NCBI GenBank assembly: GCA_965237415.1
Contig: CBDEFM010000002.1
Coordinates: forward strand, 2,368,001-2,432,000
Direction: 5' to 3'
Source of the DNA: Alphaproteobacteria bacterium
GTDB taxonomy: Bacteria; Pseudomonadota; Alphaproteobacteria; UBA828
DNA: 64,000 nt
Shown: positions 18,526 through 28,179 of the stretch, one piece after another
Layout: the number at the start of each line of letters is the position of its first letter
Numbering within the stretch: the stretch's first letter is position 1
Made by a program: the position numbers and the translations under genes
The notes under the pieces: generated by a model
The model's database searches: none
Seen by the model: only the letters and a program-made list of their open reading frames with translations
What the model was told of the DNA's origin: nothing

Positions 18526-21110
18526 TCGCCGCCGTCGGCGGACGTGTCCGGGGATGATTCCGGCGCCGCCGCGTCGCTTTCCTCTGTCGCAGCGTCGGCG
18601 GCCGCGCCGGTCGGTTGCGGCGCCTCGTCCGCTGGCGCCGCATCGACGGACGCTTCGGCCGGAGCGTCGCCCTCGACGCCGGCACGAGTGGCGGCGCGTT
18701 CCGCCTTGCGCTGGCGACGCGATTTCCGGGGTTCTTCCTCGGCCGCAGGCGCGGGAGTGGGCGGGGGAGCACCCTCGGCGGGGGGGATCCCGAGACCCGC
18801 CTTGAGGCGCTCCATGAAGCTCGTGGGCCGGGCGGCGGTGGGCGCCTGCTTGCGCCGGCTCGCGCCCTTTTGCCGTTGCTTGCGGGCCAAGGCCTTCCGC
18901 CGGGCGATCCGTGCGCGCTCAGCGGCGGCGCGCTTGACCGACGAGGTACCGGCACCCGTCGTCTCGCTCCGTGCTTCGCTCTTCCGCTCGGTGCGGGCGC
19001 GGGGAGCGCTCTTGGCGCGTGTCTTCTGCCCGCCGGCGGGTTCTGTACGCCGGGAGCGTGTTGAGGTCTCCGCCCGCTTGCTGTTGCCCGTCGCGGTGCC
19101 AGACTTGCGGCGGGGTGCATCATCGCGTTGCGCTTCGCTGGCCCGGGGCTGGGCCTTGCGGGCACGCGCGGCGCCGTCACGCCGTGTCGCATCCTCGGTA
19201 CCGGCGCGCGCGCCTTCCTTGTTCGGCCCTGAGCGCGTGGACTTCTTGCGGGAAGAGCGGCTCGGCTTCAGCAGTGTGCCTTTCTCCGCCGCTTCCTTGA
19301 TCTTCTTAATCTTCTCGGCGTCCTGGGCGAGGCTCTGCCGGGTGATGCCCATGCGGCGCATGATCAGCCATTGCTGACCGATGGAGAGGACGTTGTTCCA
19401 GGTCCAGTAGACCACCAGCCCCGCCGGGAACCGCGCGAACAGGAAGAGGAAGATGATGGGCAGCGCCATCATGATCTTCTGCTGGATCGGCTCCATCGGC
19501 TGCGGGTTGAGCTTCATCTGGAGCCACATGGTCGCGCCGAAGACGAGCGGCCAGATGCCGACCAGCAGGAACTCCGGCGCCGGCCAATCGAGGAACCCGA
19601 ATGCAGTGATGAAGGTCATCGGATCCGGCGCCGAGAGATCGTCGATCCAGCCGAAGAAGGGCGCATGGCGCATCTCGATGGTGACGAACAGCATGTAGTA
19701 GAGGGCGAAGAACACCGGAATCTGCGCCACCAGCGGCAGGCAGCCCGCGACCGGGTTGGCTTTCTGCTCCCGGTAGAGCTTCATCAGCTCCGTATTCATC
19801 CGCTGCTTGTCGTCCTTAAAGCGCTCGCGCAGGCGGATCATCTCCGGCTGGAGCTTGCGCATCCGGCTCATGGACGCGTAGGCCTTGTTGGCCAGCGGGA
19901 ACAGCAGCACCCGCACGCAGATCGTCAGCAGCAGGATGGCGACGCCGAAATTGCCGGTGGCCCTGTTGAAGAAGTCGATGACGTAGAACATCGGCTTCGA
20001 CAGGAACCACGCCGGCCCGAAGTCGACGGCGAGGTCCAGGCGGTCCACCCCCAGCACGTCCTCGTAGCGGTCGAGGAGGCTGATCACCTTGGCGCCGGTG
20101 AAGAGGTGCGAGGTGAGCGAGACAGTCTGCCTCGGATTTACTGTGAGCGGCTCGGCCTCGTAGATGGTCTGGAAGGAGTCGGCCTGCCCGTCGTCGACCG
20201 GCACGTACTCGAAGCTGCCGTGGAGCGACGTCGCCTGATCGGGAATGAGTGCGACGAGCCAATACTTGTCGGTCAATCCCATCCAGCCGCCGGTGGACTC
20301 GTAGCGGTAATCGGCGCCGGCGCGGGGGTTCTTCACCTGCGCGTCGTAGGCGTCGCGCATGTCATCGTAGTCGGCTTCCTGATAGTCCTCGCCGAAGATA
20401 CCCAGCGCGCCGTCCTGGAAGATGAAGAGCGGCTTGAACGGCAGAATGGATTCGGTGGCGTCGCTGAATCGCGCGATCCGCGAGTAAGGCGCGAGCGCGA
20501 TTGGGGCGGCGGTGGTGTTGCGCACCGATTGGGTCACGGTGAAGACGAAGTCGTCGTCGACGGCGATTTTGCGCGTGAACGAGAGGCCCGCGCCGTTGTC
20601 CCAGTGGAGCGTGACCGGCCTGCCGGGCGAAAGGGTGGTGCGATCGGCGTCCCAGAGCGTGTCGGGCTGGGGAAGCGCGATGCCCCCGGCCGCGCTAATC
20701 CAGCCGAAATCGGCGAAAAAGGGCCGCGCCGCGTCGCGGGGCTGGAACAGCACGATGTTCGGGCTCTCCTCGTCCGCGGTCTCGTGATAGTCGAGGAGCG
20801 TGACGGAATCGATGCGCCCGCCGAGCCGCGCGATGGAGCCGCTGAGCCTGCGTGACTCGATCGTGATGCGCGGGCTGTCGATACCCGCTTGGCGCAACTG
20901 GGCTTGGTCCGGAGCGTCCGCGCCGGTCGTCATCTCCGGCGCGGCCTGATCCAGCGACGGCGGTGCCGTCCCCGGTTCACGCTGCTCCACGACGCGCCGC
21001 GGCCGTTCATCGGACGGGAAGAGCGCAGGCATGAGGAACTGCCAGGCGACGAGGATCACGAAGATCACGCCGATCGCGATGAAGAGGTTGCGTTTGTCCT
21101 CGCCGAACAT
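18459..21110 (-). CDS. yidC: Membrane protein insertase YidC with a ~290-aa low-complexity C-terminal tail
   Basis: GNFGVAILLLT, MRKLQPEM, NPVAGCLPL, EMRHAPFFGWIDDLSAPDP, PAGLVVYWTWNN; sits in the rpmH operon. Confidence 0.95.
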   Translation of the reverse strand: MFGEDKRNLFIAIGVIFVILVAWQFLMPALFPSDERPRRVVEQREPGTAPPSLDQAAPEMTTGADAPDQAQLRQAGIDSPRITIESRRLSGSIARLGGRIDSVTLLDYHETADEESPNIVLFQPRDAARPFFADFGWISAAGGIALPQPDTLWDADRTTLSPGRPVTLHWDNGAGLSFTRKIAVDDDFVFTVTQSVRNTTAAPIALAPYSRIARFSDATESILPFKPLFIFQDGALGIFGEDYQEADYDDMRDAYDAQVKNPRAGADYRYESTGGWMGLTDKYWLVALIPDQATSLHGSFEYVPVDDGQADSFQTIYEAEPLTVNPRQTVSLTSHLFTGAKVISLLDRYEDVLGVDRLDLAVDFGPAWFLSKPMFYVIDFFNRATGNFGVAILLLTICVRVLLFPLANKAYASMSRMRKLQPEMIRLRERFKDDKQRMNTELMKLYREQKANPVAGCLPLVAQIPVFFALYYMLFVTIEMRHAPFFGWIDDLSAPDPMTFITAFGFLDWPAPEFLLVGIWPLVFGATMWLQMKLNPQPMEPIQQKIMMALPIIFLFLFARFPAGLVVYWTWNNVLSIGQQWLIMRRMGITRQSLAQDAEKIKKIKEAAEKGTLLKPSRSSRKKSTRSGPNKEGARAGTEDATRRDGAARARKAQPRASEAQRDDAPRRKSGTATGNSKRAETSTRSRRTEPAGGQKTRAKSAPRARTERKSEARSETTGAGTSSVKRAAAERARIARRKALARKQRQKGASRRKQAPTAARPTSFMERLKAGLGIPPAEGAPPPTPAPAAEEEPRKSRRQRKAERAATRAGVEGDAPAEASVDAAPADEAPQPTGAAADAATEESDAAAPESSPDTSADGGEWTSQDRPRPRRQRTRKRARRR

Positions 21111-21130
21111 GCGCCGCTCGCTCGCCCCGG

Positions 21131-21397
21131 TCAGCGGGGGGCACGCCTCCAGGACGTGTTGAGGATGCGGAGCGGACGCTCAGGCACGTCGTCCACGCCC
21201 CCGGGGCAGAACGGGTTGCAGCGCAGGATCCGCCACACCGCGAGCGCGAGACCCACCGCCGCCCCGTGGCGCCTGAGCGCGGTCATTGCATAGTGCGAGC
21301 AGGTCGGCTCGAACCGGCAGCTCGGCGGTACAAGGGGCGAGATGAAATACTGATATCCGCGGATCAGGCCCACGATCAGTAACGCGATCGGTCTCAT
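21131..21397 (-). CDS. yidD: Membrane protein insertion efficiency factor YidD
   Basis: [26 protein letters not shown]. Confidence 0.93.
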   Translation of the reverse strand: MRPIALLIVGLIRGYQYFISPLVPPSCRFEPTCSHYAMTALRRHGAAVGLALAVWRILRCNPFCPGGVDDVPERPLRILNTSWRRAPR

Positions 21398-21831
21398 GCG
21401 TCTCCCGCTTTCGGGCCCGCTGCGCGCTGCCGGCCGGCGGCGGCTCGCCGTCCGCCCTCGGGCGCCCGATCGCGCATCCGCGCGCCAACACGCGCGAGCG
21501 CTGCGGCCAGGTCGCCGATCAGCGCGTCGAACGGGCGGGTCAGCGTGGCGGCGCGCGCGATGACGACGTAGTCGCAGCCGCATTGCGCCGACGCCGGCAT
21601 AACATGGGCCACCGCCGCACGCAATCGGCGCTTGGCGCGGTTGCGGGCGACCGCGTTGCCGATCCGCCGGCTTGCGGTGTAGCCCACACGCATCAGCCCG
21701 CCTTCGGCATCCCCGGCCGCCGGTGCCGGCGCCGCCTGCAGCACCAGCCCCGGCGCGGCCCAGTGGCATGCCGCCGCCCGCACCCGCAGGAAGTCGCTCC
21801 GCTTCTTGAGTGTGGCGATACGCATCGTCAT
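21394..21831 (-). CDS. rnpA: Ribonuclease P protein component
   Basis: [31 protein letters not shown]. Confidence 0.95.
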   Translation of the reverse strand: MTMRIATLKKRSDFLRVRAAACHWAAPGLVLQAAPAPAAGDAEGGLMRVGYTASRRIGNAVARNRAKRRLRAAVAHVMPASAQCGCDYVVIARAATLTRPFDALIGDLAAALARVGARMRDRAPEGGRRAAAGRQRAAGPKAGDA

Positions 21832-22007
21832 CACTCTCTGTCTCACGCTCGCACGTGTACGGGAACATTTCAGGCGTCCAAGCGCTCGCCAGGACGTGTG
21901 GTTCCCCGCGCTAGGATGCAATGCTCCTCTCGGCGTGGGCGCTCGATACGTCTAGGCATGTCCGGCACGTGAGGAATAACGGCAGGCGAAGCCAAGGCTC
22001 GCCGGGA

Positions 22008-22142
22008 TCAAACGGCGAGCCGCTTCCGTCCCTTCGCGCGCCTGCGGGCAAGTATGCGCCGGCCGGCCACGGTCTTCATGCGCTGCCTGAAGCCGTGGCG
22101 CCGCTTGCGCACGATGTTGCTTGGCTGATAGGTCCGTTTCAC
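22008..22142 (-). CDS. rpmH: 50S ribosomal protein L34
   Basis: Hand translation from GTG: [44 protein letters not shown]. Confidence 0.97.
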   Translation of the reverse strand: MKRTYQPSNIVRKRRHGFRQRMKTVAGRRILARRRAKGRKRLAV

Positions 22143-22170
22143 GCCTCACCTCCGCTCCCGGCGCTGCGTC

Positions 22171-22221
22171 TGACAGGGACCAGGGCCGCCGCTGTATAAG
22201 CGCGCCCCTGGTCCCTGTCAA
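22171..22221 (-). promoter_or_regulatory. Sigma70 promoter of the rpmH operon embedded in a perfect 15-bp inverted repeat
   Basis: Minus strand TTGACA-N17-TATACA; arms at 22171-22185 and 22206-22220. Confidence 0.75.
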
Positions 22222-22269
22222 CGCGCGCCTTGTGGATGGGCGCCAGTGGTCGCGCGGTGGTCTTTAGGT

Positions 22270-22365
22270 CGCGCGCGAGACGGTTCCCGCTCGCAATTCA
22301 ACTGACGCGCGCGAGACGGTTCCCGCTCGCAATTCAATTGACGCGCGCGAGACGGTTCCCGCTCG
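22270..22365. repeat. 36-bp tandem repeat, ~2.7 copies, each unit a hairpin
   Basis: Unit cgcgcgcgagacggttcccgctcgcaattcaa(c/t)tga starting at 22270, 22306 and 22342. Confidence 0.9.
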
Positions 22366-22370
22366 TGCGA

Positions 22371-23321
22371 CTAGGGCGGGATACGGCCGGCGAGCCAGTC
22401 CTCGATCAGGCGGCGGGAGATCGAATAACGGCCCGGCAGGCGGAACGCATCGGTGTCTCGCTGGCCGAGCAGGTCGCGCCGCTCATACCAATGCGCGTAT
22501 TCCAGCTCGATTTCGTCGACCGCGATCTCGCGGGTGAGCGCCTGCGCCATGAAGCCCACCATGATCGTGCCGGGGAAGGGCCAGGGCTGCGAGGAGTGGT
22601 AGCGGATATCGCCGACCTTGACCCCGCTTTCCTCCTCGATCTCACGGGCGACGCACTCCTCGAGGCTCTCGCCCGGCTCCAGAAAGCCCGCAAGGGTCGA
22701 ATGCATCCCCGGGGGCCAACGTGACTGGCGGCAGAGAAGGCATTCGTCGCCGTCATAGACCAGCGTGATCACTGCCGTATCGGTCCTCGGGAAATGGACC
22801 GCCCCGCAGTCCTCGTTGGTGCAGCGCCGCTGGTGGCCGGCCTCGCGCGCCTCTGCCGGGGCGCCGCAGGCGCCACAGAAGCGGTGTCGCCGGTGCCAGT
22901 AGGTGAGCCCCCGCGCATAGGCGACGAGCGCCGCGTCCGTGCCCGGCAGGATCTGCACCAGCTCGCGCAAGTCCATCATCTCGCCACCGGGCGAGCGCGC
23001 GAGCAGGGTCTCGGCCTCCACGTGCGAGAAATCGACCACGAAATGCGCCGTGCCGGCAACACCGTCCTCGGCCTCGATGCCGAGAAGCGCGGGCTCGGCG
23101 CGGGCGTCGAGCAGCCCGTCGAGGGTCTCACGGTAGTGGATCACGGCACGCGGCTCGGGGCCGAGCCGGACGACGGCATTCTGCCGCCAGATCGCGAGGT
23201 AGCGCGTCGATGGATCGTCGAGGCGGGCCGCGAGCCAAGCCGGGTCGGTGCGCACGTTCGCGGCCCGGTCGAGCGGCATCCCGGAGAGCACGTTGCCATC
23301 GATGCGAGCGAGGCGGGTCAT
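22371..23321 (-). CDS. nudC: NADH pyrophosphatase
   Basis: FCGACG zinc finger, LAGFLEPGESLEECVAREIEEESG Nudix box, SQPWPFP. Confidence 0.95.
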   Translation of the reverse strand: MTRLARIDGNVLSGMPLDRAANVRTDPAWLAARLDDPSTRYLAIWRQNAVVRLGPEPRAVIHYRETLDGLLDARAEPALLGIEAEDGVAGTAHFVVDFSHVEAETLLARSPGGEMMDLRELVQILPGTDAALVAYARGLTYWHRRHRFCGACGAPAEAREAGHQRRCTNEDCGAVHFPRTDTAVITLVYDGDECLLCRQSRWPPGMHSTLAGFLEPGESLEECVAREIEEESGVKVGDIRYHSSQPWPFPGTIMVGFMAQALTREIAVDEIELEYAHWYERRDLLGQRDTDAFRLPGRYSISRRLIEDWLAGRIPP

Positions 23322-23559
23322 CGCCCGAGCCTCGCACACCCCCTGTTCCTTTCATACCCCTCAGGCTTGGCATAGCCAGTCATGACAGCCCGAGGTGACC
23401 CCATAACCTACTGTAAGAACAGTAACATTTCACTTTCGGTGCAGCGTGGCGCGAGAGCGTCTTCGTAGTGCCCGCAAGCGTATCGCTAGCAGATTCATTA
23501 TAACTGCAGCGTATCAAACCGCGCAGGTGTCCGATTATTGCGACATCACCGCAGGAGAG

Positions 23560-24569
23560 CGGTATCCGTTCCGTCAGGCCGTGAAGGTCCGGACGGGCTG
23601 AGGTTGTGAACGACCGCTATGGCTCGAAGCGCTCGGCTGTGCGCTCCGACCAACCCCCCGGGGCCGTACGTATCCACGGTCTGACGGAACGGATACGGAG
23701 AGCGCCCCCGTCCAAGCCGGCATGGGAAGCGGCCGCGCATAGAGGTCGTCGACTTCTGGCATGCCTGCGAACATCTCCGAACGGCATCCGACCATGCGGT
23801 GGCCTCCGACTGGTTCGAGAGGTACAGCGAGGTTCTGCGTCACGACCCCTGCGGCGTCGACAAGGTGATCCGGGCGTTGCGCCAGCTTCGCGATAGCGCA
23901 AAGCCGGATCGGGCCGAGACCGAGCGGGAACTCGCCTTCTTCCGCAAGCGCCGCCAGCGCATGCGCTACCACGCCCTGAAGGCAGAGAGCGTCGCCGTCG
24001 GCTCGGGCTTGGTCGAGGCGGCCAACGAGACCCTGATGACCCAGCGCATGAAGCGCTCCGGCGTGCGCTGGCGGATCGCCGGCGGACAGGCTGTGCTGAC
24101 CTTCCGCGCCCTGATCAAGTCCGCTCGCTTCGAACGGGCATGGAAGGCCATCATCGGCGCAACCGACACACCGGCCATCTTCGAGCGCCAGGGGCAAGTC
24201 TATACCGAGATCGTTCCCGACTGCTCGAAGCCAACCCTGCAGGGCATCATCCGCGGCCGGGTGGACCCCCGCACCGTCATCAACTCCGACGGCTGGCGCG
24301 GCTACAACGGCCTGGTCGACCTCGGTTACGGCCACTTTCGCGTCGATCATTCCCGCGACGAGTTCACCAAGGGCACCGTTCACATCAACGGCATCGAGGG
24401 CTTCTGGGGGCTGGCCAAGGTCCGCCTGGCGAAGTTCAAGGGCCTCCCTCAGCACACCTTCCACCTGCACCTCAAGGAAACCGAATGGCGATATAACCAC
24501 CGACACGCCGACAAACACCAAACTCTGCTACGATGCCTCCGCGAAAACCCGCTCAGCTAGGCAAGACCC
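23560..24569. mobile_element. Composite transposase debris: ISKra4-like fragment fused in frame to an IS1595 C-terminus, plus a probable third IS fragment on the minus strand
   Basis: GSGLVEAAN...QRMKRSGVRW (ISKra4-like) followed by SDGWRGY...HINGIEGFW...HLKETEWRYN (IS1595); probable end ctaggcaagaccc at about 24557-24569. Confidence 0.75.
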
Positions 24570-24941
24570 GAAACAATTTTGAGCCACTATGAGCCACTAT
24601 ATCCCGCCAAATCCCACATAATAGTAGTGCACCGCCCGCGCCGCCGGGGACGCGGGCGGGAGCGCATGGAGCGGACCCGCGCCTCGCGCGTCTCGCCTGC
24701 TCTTCACGAACGTGCCCGATGGGCGGAGAGTGCCTCGATCTTTCTCCGCAGCGTCACAGTCATCGGGTGTTGACCTCCCCCCATCATGATCGATACGAAT
24801 AACGAATCAGGCATCTGGTCCCGCCGCCGACAGACGAATCGTTAATTCTGGCAAACTCGGTATCAAATTTATTAATATGTACAATCGTTTTATATTACTA
24901 GTGCGGCAAGAGAGCGCTAGGCGGCGCCAGGAGCCAAACAC

Positions 24942-25469
24942 ATGTCCCGACCCTCACTGCGGGCGTTTCGGGCGACGACGACCGACGCCGGCGACATTTC
25001 GCCACTCTCGTCTCCTTACGACGATCTCAACCAGCAGATCATCCGCCTGCTCCAGGAAGACGGGCGGGAAGCCTACGACGTGATCGGGCAGAAGCTCGGC
25101 GTATCGGGCGGGACGGTCCGCAACCGTATCACCCGGATGCGCGACGCCGGCATGCTCCGCATCGTCGCTGTGGTCGACCCGGTCGCCGTCGACTACGAGT
25201 CGGACGCCATGCTCGGCATCAAGACAGCGCCGGGCGTCGCACCCACCGCAGTCGCGCAGCGGCTCGATCCCCACCAGGCCGTCGTCTACGTCATGTGGGT
25301 CAGCGGCCGCTTCGACCTGCTGGTCGAGGTCGTGTGCGACGAGGAAACCGAGCTCACGACCTTCCTCAACGACCACATCCACGGCCAGCCCGATGTCGCC
25401 CACGTCGAGGTCATGACCCGGCTCGGCATGTTCAAGAACCAGTTTCTGCTCAAGGGCCACGTGCCTTAG
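24942..25469 (+). CDS. Lrp/AsnC family transcriptional regulator
   Basis: IIRLLQEDGR...LGVSGGTVRNRI, VSGRFDL. Confidence 0.92.
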   Translation: MSRPSLRAFRATTTDAGDISPLSSPYDDLNQQIIRLLQEDGREAYDVIGQKLGVSGGTVRNRITRMRDAGMLRIVAVVDPVAVDYESDAMLGIKTAPGVAPTAVAQRLDPHQAVVYVMWVSGRFDLLVEVVCDEETELTTFLNDHIHGQPDVAHVEVMTRLGMFKNQFLLKGHVP

Positions 25470-25507
25470 CTGGTGCGCGCTCCAGGGGGATCGCACAGGG
25501 GATCGTC

Positions 25508-26623
25508 ATGAGCCTGTCGCTGCAATCGATCCTGGGGGCCGAGGCTCTGGCCGCATTCGAGGCTCCGGGGCCGGTGGCTAGGGGGCTTCCGGCTGCGGCC
25601 TACACCAGCAAGGCGGTCTTCCAACTCGAGAACGAGCGCATCTTCGCCGACTCCTGGGTCTTCGCCGGCCTCGCCCACGAGCTGGCCCGGCCGGGCGACG
25701 TGGTGCCGGTCACCGTCGCCGGCCGGCCGGTGCTGCTGGTGCGCGATGCCGAACAGCAAGTCCGGGCGTTTCACAACGTGTGCCGCCACCGCTGTCTCAA
25801 GCTCGTCGACCAACCCGGCAACGTGGGGCCGGCGATCCAGTGCCCCTATCACTCATGGACCTACAGGCTCGACGGTGCGCTGCACCTCGCCCCCTACTTC
25901 GGCGGGCACGACCCGCGCGCGGTGCCGGCCGGCTTCGACCGCGCGCAGCACGGGCTGGTGCCCGTGCGGGTGGCGACATGGCACGACTGGGTTTTCGTCA
26001 ACCTGAACGGCGAGGCGCCTCCCATCGAGGACTTCGTCGCACCGCTCCAGAGGCACCTCGGGGGGCTCGACTTCTCCCGGATGAAGCACGTGGTCACCAT
26101 CGATCTGGGCGAGATCGCCGCGAACTGGAAGCTCATGATGGAGAACTTCATCGAGCCCTATCACGTGCCCTTCGTGCACGCGACGACCACCGAACAGCCA
26201 CTGACGGACCACTACACGGTGAACGAGCCGGGCTGCCTCGGCTGCGCCGTGGACGTCTCCGGTACGGCAAAGCGGGACGACACGCTGTCTGCGGACTCCC
26301 GCTACCTCACGCTCTTCCCCAACTTCGTGCTCGGGCTCTACTTGCCGGATCAGATCGGCGTTCATCTCGACGTGCCGCTGGCGCCCGGTCGCACAGGCCA
26401 GCGCCGCGCCGTCTACAGCCTCCAGGCCGAGACGGTCTCCGACGAGCACGCGGACGAGCTCGCGAGGCTCTGGCGCGACGTGCACGTGGAGGACCAGGTG
26501 ATCTGCGAGCGGCTGCAGGAGGGACGCGCGTCCGCCGTCGCCGACGACGGCGGCGTGCTCTCCCCGCTGTGGGAGGACGCGGTGCGCAGCTTCCAGGAAC
26601 GCGTGGTGAAGAGCCTGCGCTAA
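25508..26623 (+). CDS. Rieske non-heme iron oxygenase alpha subunit (choline monooxygenase / betaine demethylase-like)
   Basis: NVCRHR...CPYHSW Rieske ligands; NWKLMMENFIEPYHVPFVH. Confidence 0.9.
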   Translation: MSLSLQSILGAEALAAFEAPGPVARGLPAAAYTSKAVFQLENERIFADSWVFAGLAHELARPGDVVPVTVAGRPVLLVRDAEQQVRAFHNVCRHRCLKLVDQPGNVGPAIQCPYHSWTYRLDGALHLAPYFGGHDPRAVPAGFDRAQHGLVPVRVATWHDWVFVNLNGEAPPIEDFVAPLQRHLGGLDFSRMKHVVTIDLGEIAANWKLMMENFIEPYHVPFVHATTTEQPLTDHYTVNEPGCLGCAVDVSGTAKRDDTLSADSRYLTLFPNFVLGLYLPDQIGVHLDVPLAPGRTGQRRAVYSLQAETVSDEHADELARLWRDVHVEDQVICERLQEGRASAVADDGGVLSPLWEDAVRSFQERVVKSLR

Positions 26624-27045
26624 CGGTCGACATTCTTGCGGGCGTCGCAGGCCAGTCTACGCGGGCGTGCCGCCTGGACCGCAAGCGCGCATTGAGAGGA
26701 TTGCACAGCGCACCGAAGGCCGAGTCGAGCGCCAATCTTCGGGGGACGCGTCCTGCTCCAGCTTCGAGAACAGACATTCAGGCCCCTGCGCGCTCAGGGC
26801 TGCAACAAACCACACGCGATTCTCATGTACATTACATAATTGTTATGATCGTGCGTTGGTGCTCCACGGAACTTAGGCATAGGCATATCACACTGAAATT
26901 ATAAACATACCGATATCATTATCATTCCGACGTTCTCCACTAAATGGCATAGGCATAACTCTTTAGTTATTGCTTTAGCATCGCACAACATACCCGCCGA
27001 CAAAGTGAATTGCGCCATCAATATTATGGCTGTATCAAGCACGTT

Positions 27046-27972
27046 ATGTTGGAAGACAACTCATATCGGCTGCCCACGACGACCGCTTTGATCGCCTTCG
27101 ATTGCGCCGCCCGACATGGCAGTTTTGCTGCAGCGGCAAAGGAATTGGGCACGTCACAGCCCGCGGTCAGTCGCCATATCGCAAGCCTCGAGCGCCAGCT
27201 TCGCACACGCCTGTTTGAGCGATCCCGAACCGGGGTGAGCCTGACCGAAACCGGAAGGCGCTTTCACGATGCGGTCGCCACCGGCCTTGGCATGATCCAG
27301 TCGGCTGCGGCCGAGACCGTCCAGCCTTCAACGCCCGAACAGGTGGTGATCGCCTGCTCGGCCCCGGCATCGCACTACCTGCTGATGCCGCGATACAACA
27401 CACTCCGCGAAGAGGTCGGCGATAAGACTCAAATCGGAATTGTGGTGTTCAACAATTACTCTCGGAACCTGCCACTCGATCCGGTTGCCGATGTGGTGTT
27501 GGATTGGGAGAAAGCCATCGGGTCGGAAGACCGTACGGTGCTCTTCCGCGAGGCCGTGAGACCCGTCTGCTCATCCGAATACGCGGCAAAGCATGCAGAA
27601 ACGCTGAAGGGACTCGTCAGCGGGTGGAGCGGCCTGGCGTTTCTCGAACCCGGCCTCCACAACAGGGGTTGGGCGTCATGGGAGGATTGGTTCCAGGCCG
27701 TTGGCTACCCGGAGCCGCAGCCTCGGTTCACGAACTTCGACAATTACATCTATTCATTGGAAGCAGCCGTTGCGGGGCAGGGCATCGCGCTCGGCTGGAG
27801 GAACTTTGTCGATCAACATCTCGAAACTGGTGCGTTGGTCACGCTCGGCGATGGCTATGTCGAACGCGACAACCATTTTTGCGGCATGCTCTCCGAGCAG
27901 GGGCGCCTGCGACCCATCGCAAGCAAGTGCCTCTCGCTCTTGCAGCGATATGTATCGCCCCCAGAGAAATAG
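27046..27972 (+). CDS. LysR family regulator (GcvA-like)
   Basis: SFAAAAKELGTSQPAVSRHIASLE, AAVAGQGIALGW. Confidence 0.92.
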   Translation: MLEDNSYRLPTTTALIAFDCAARHGSFAAAAKELGTSQPAVSRHIASLERQLRTRLFERSRTGVSLTETGRRFHDAVATGLGMIQSAAAETVQPSTPEQVVIACSAPASHYLLMPRYNTLREEVGDKTQIGIVVFNNYSRNLPLDPVADVVLDWEKAIGSEDRTVLFREAVRPVCSSEYAAKHAETLKGLVSGWSGLAFLEPGLHNRGWASWEDWFQAVGYPEPQPRFTNFDNYIYSLEAAVAGQGIALGWRNFVDQHLETGALVTLGDGYVERDNHFCGMLSEQGRLRPIASKCLSLLQRYVSPPEK

Positions 27973-28179
27973 AGGACCAGGAGCAAGAGGCCGCACCATT
28001 GGCGCAGTTTCCCTCGATCCTCTGATCGCGTCTTGTGACCCGATGCCACCACCTCGTCGCCCACCCCTTAGGGTCTGTCGGCCGGACGGCGCCGCGCAGA
28101 CCATGACCGCGGCGAGAAATTCGGGCTAGAGTACGCGCGGCCGGTCGGGGTCAGCCGCCGGCAAACGGAGGCTGTACCC

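Noticed and set aside
22270-22365. Possible mini-CRISPR array
   Set aside because: The linkers are only 12 bp and near-identical, and there are no cas genes; it is a tandem repeat.
22143-22370. oriC next to rpmH
   Set aside because: No dnaA gene, DnaA-box cluster or AT-rich unwinding region here.
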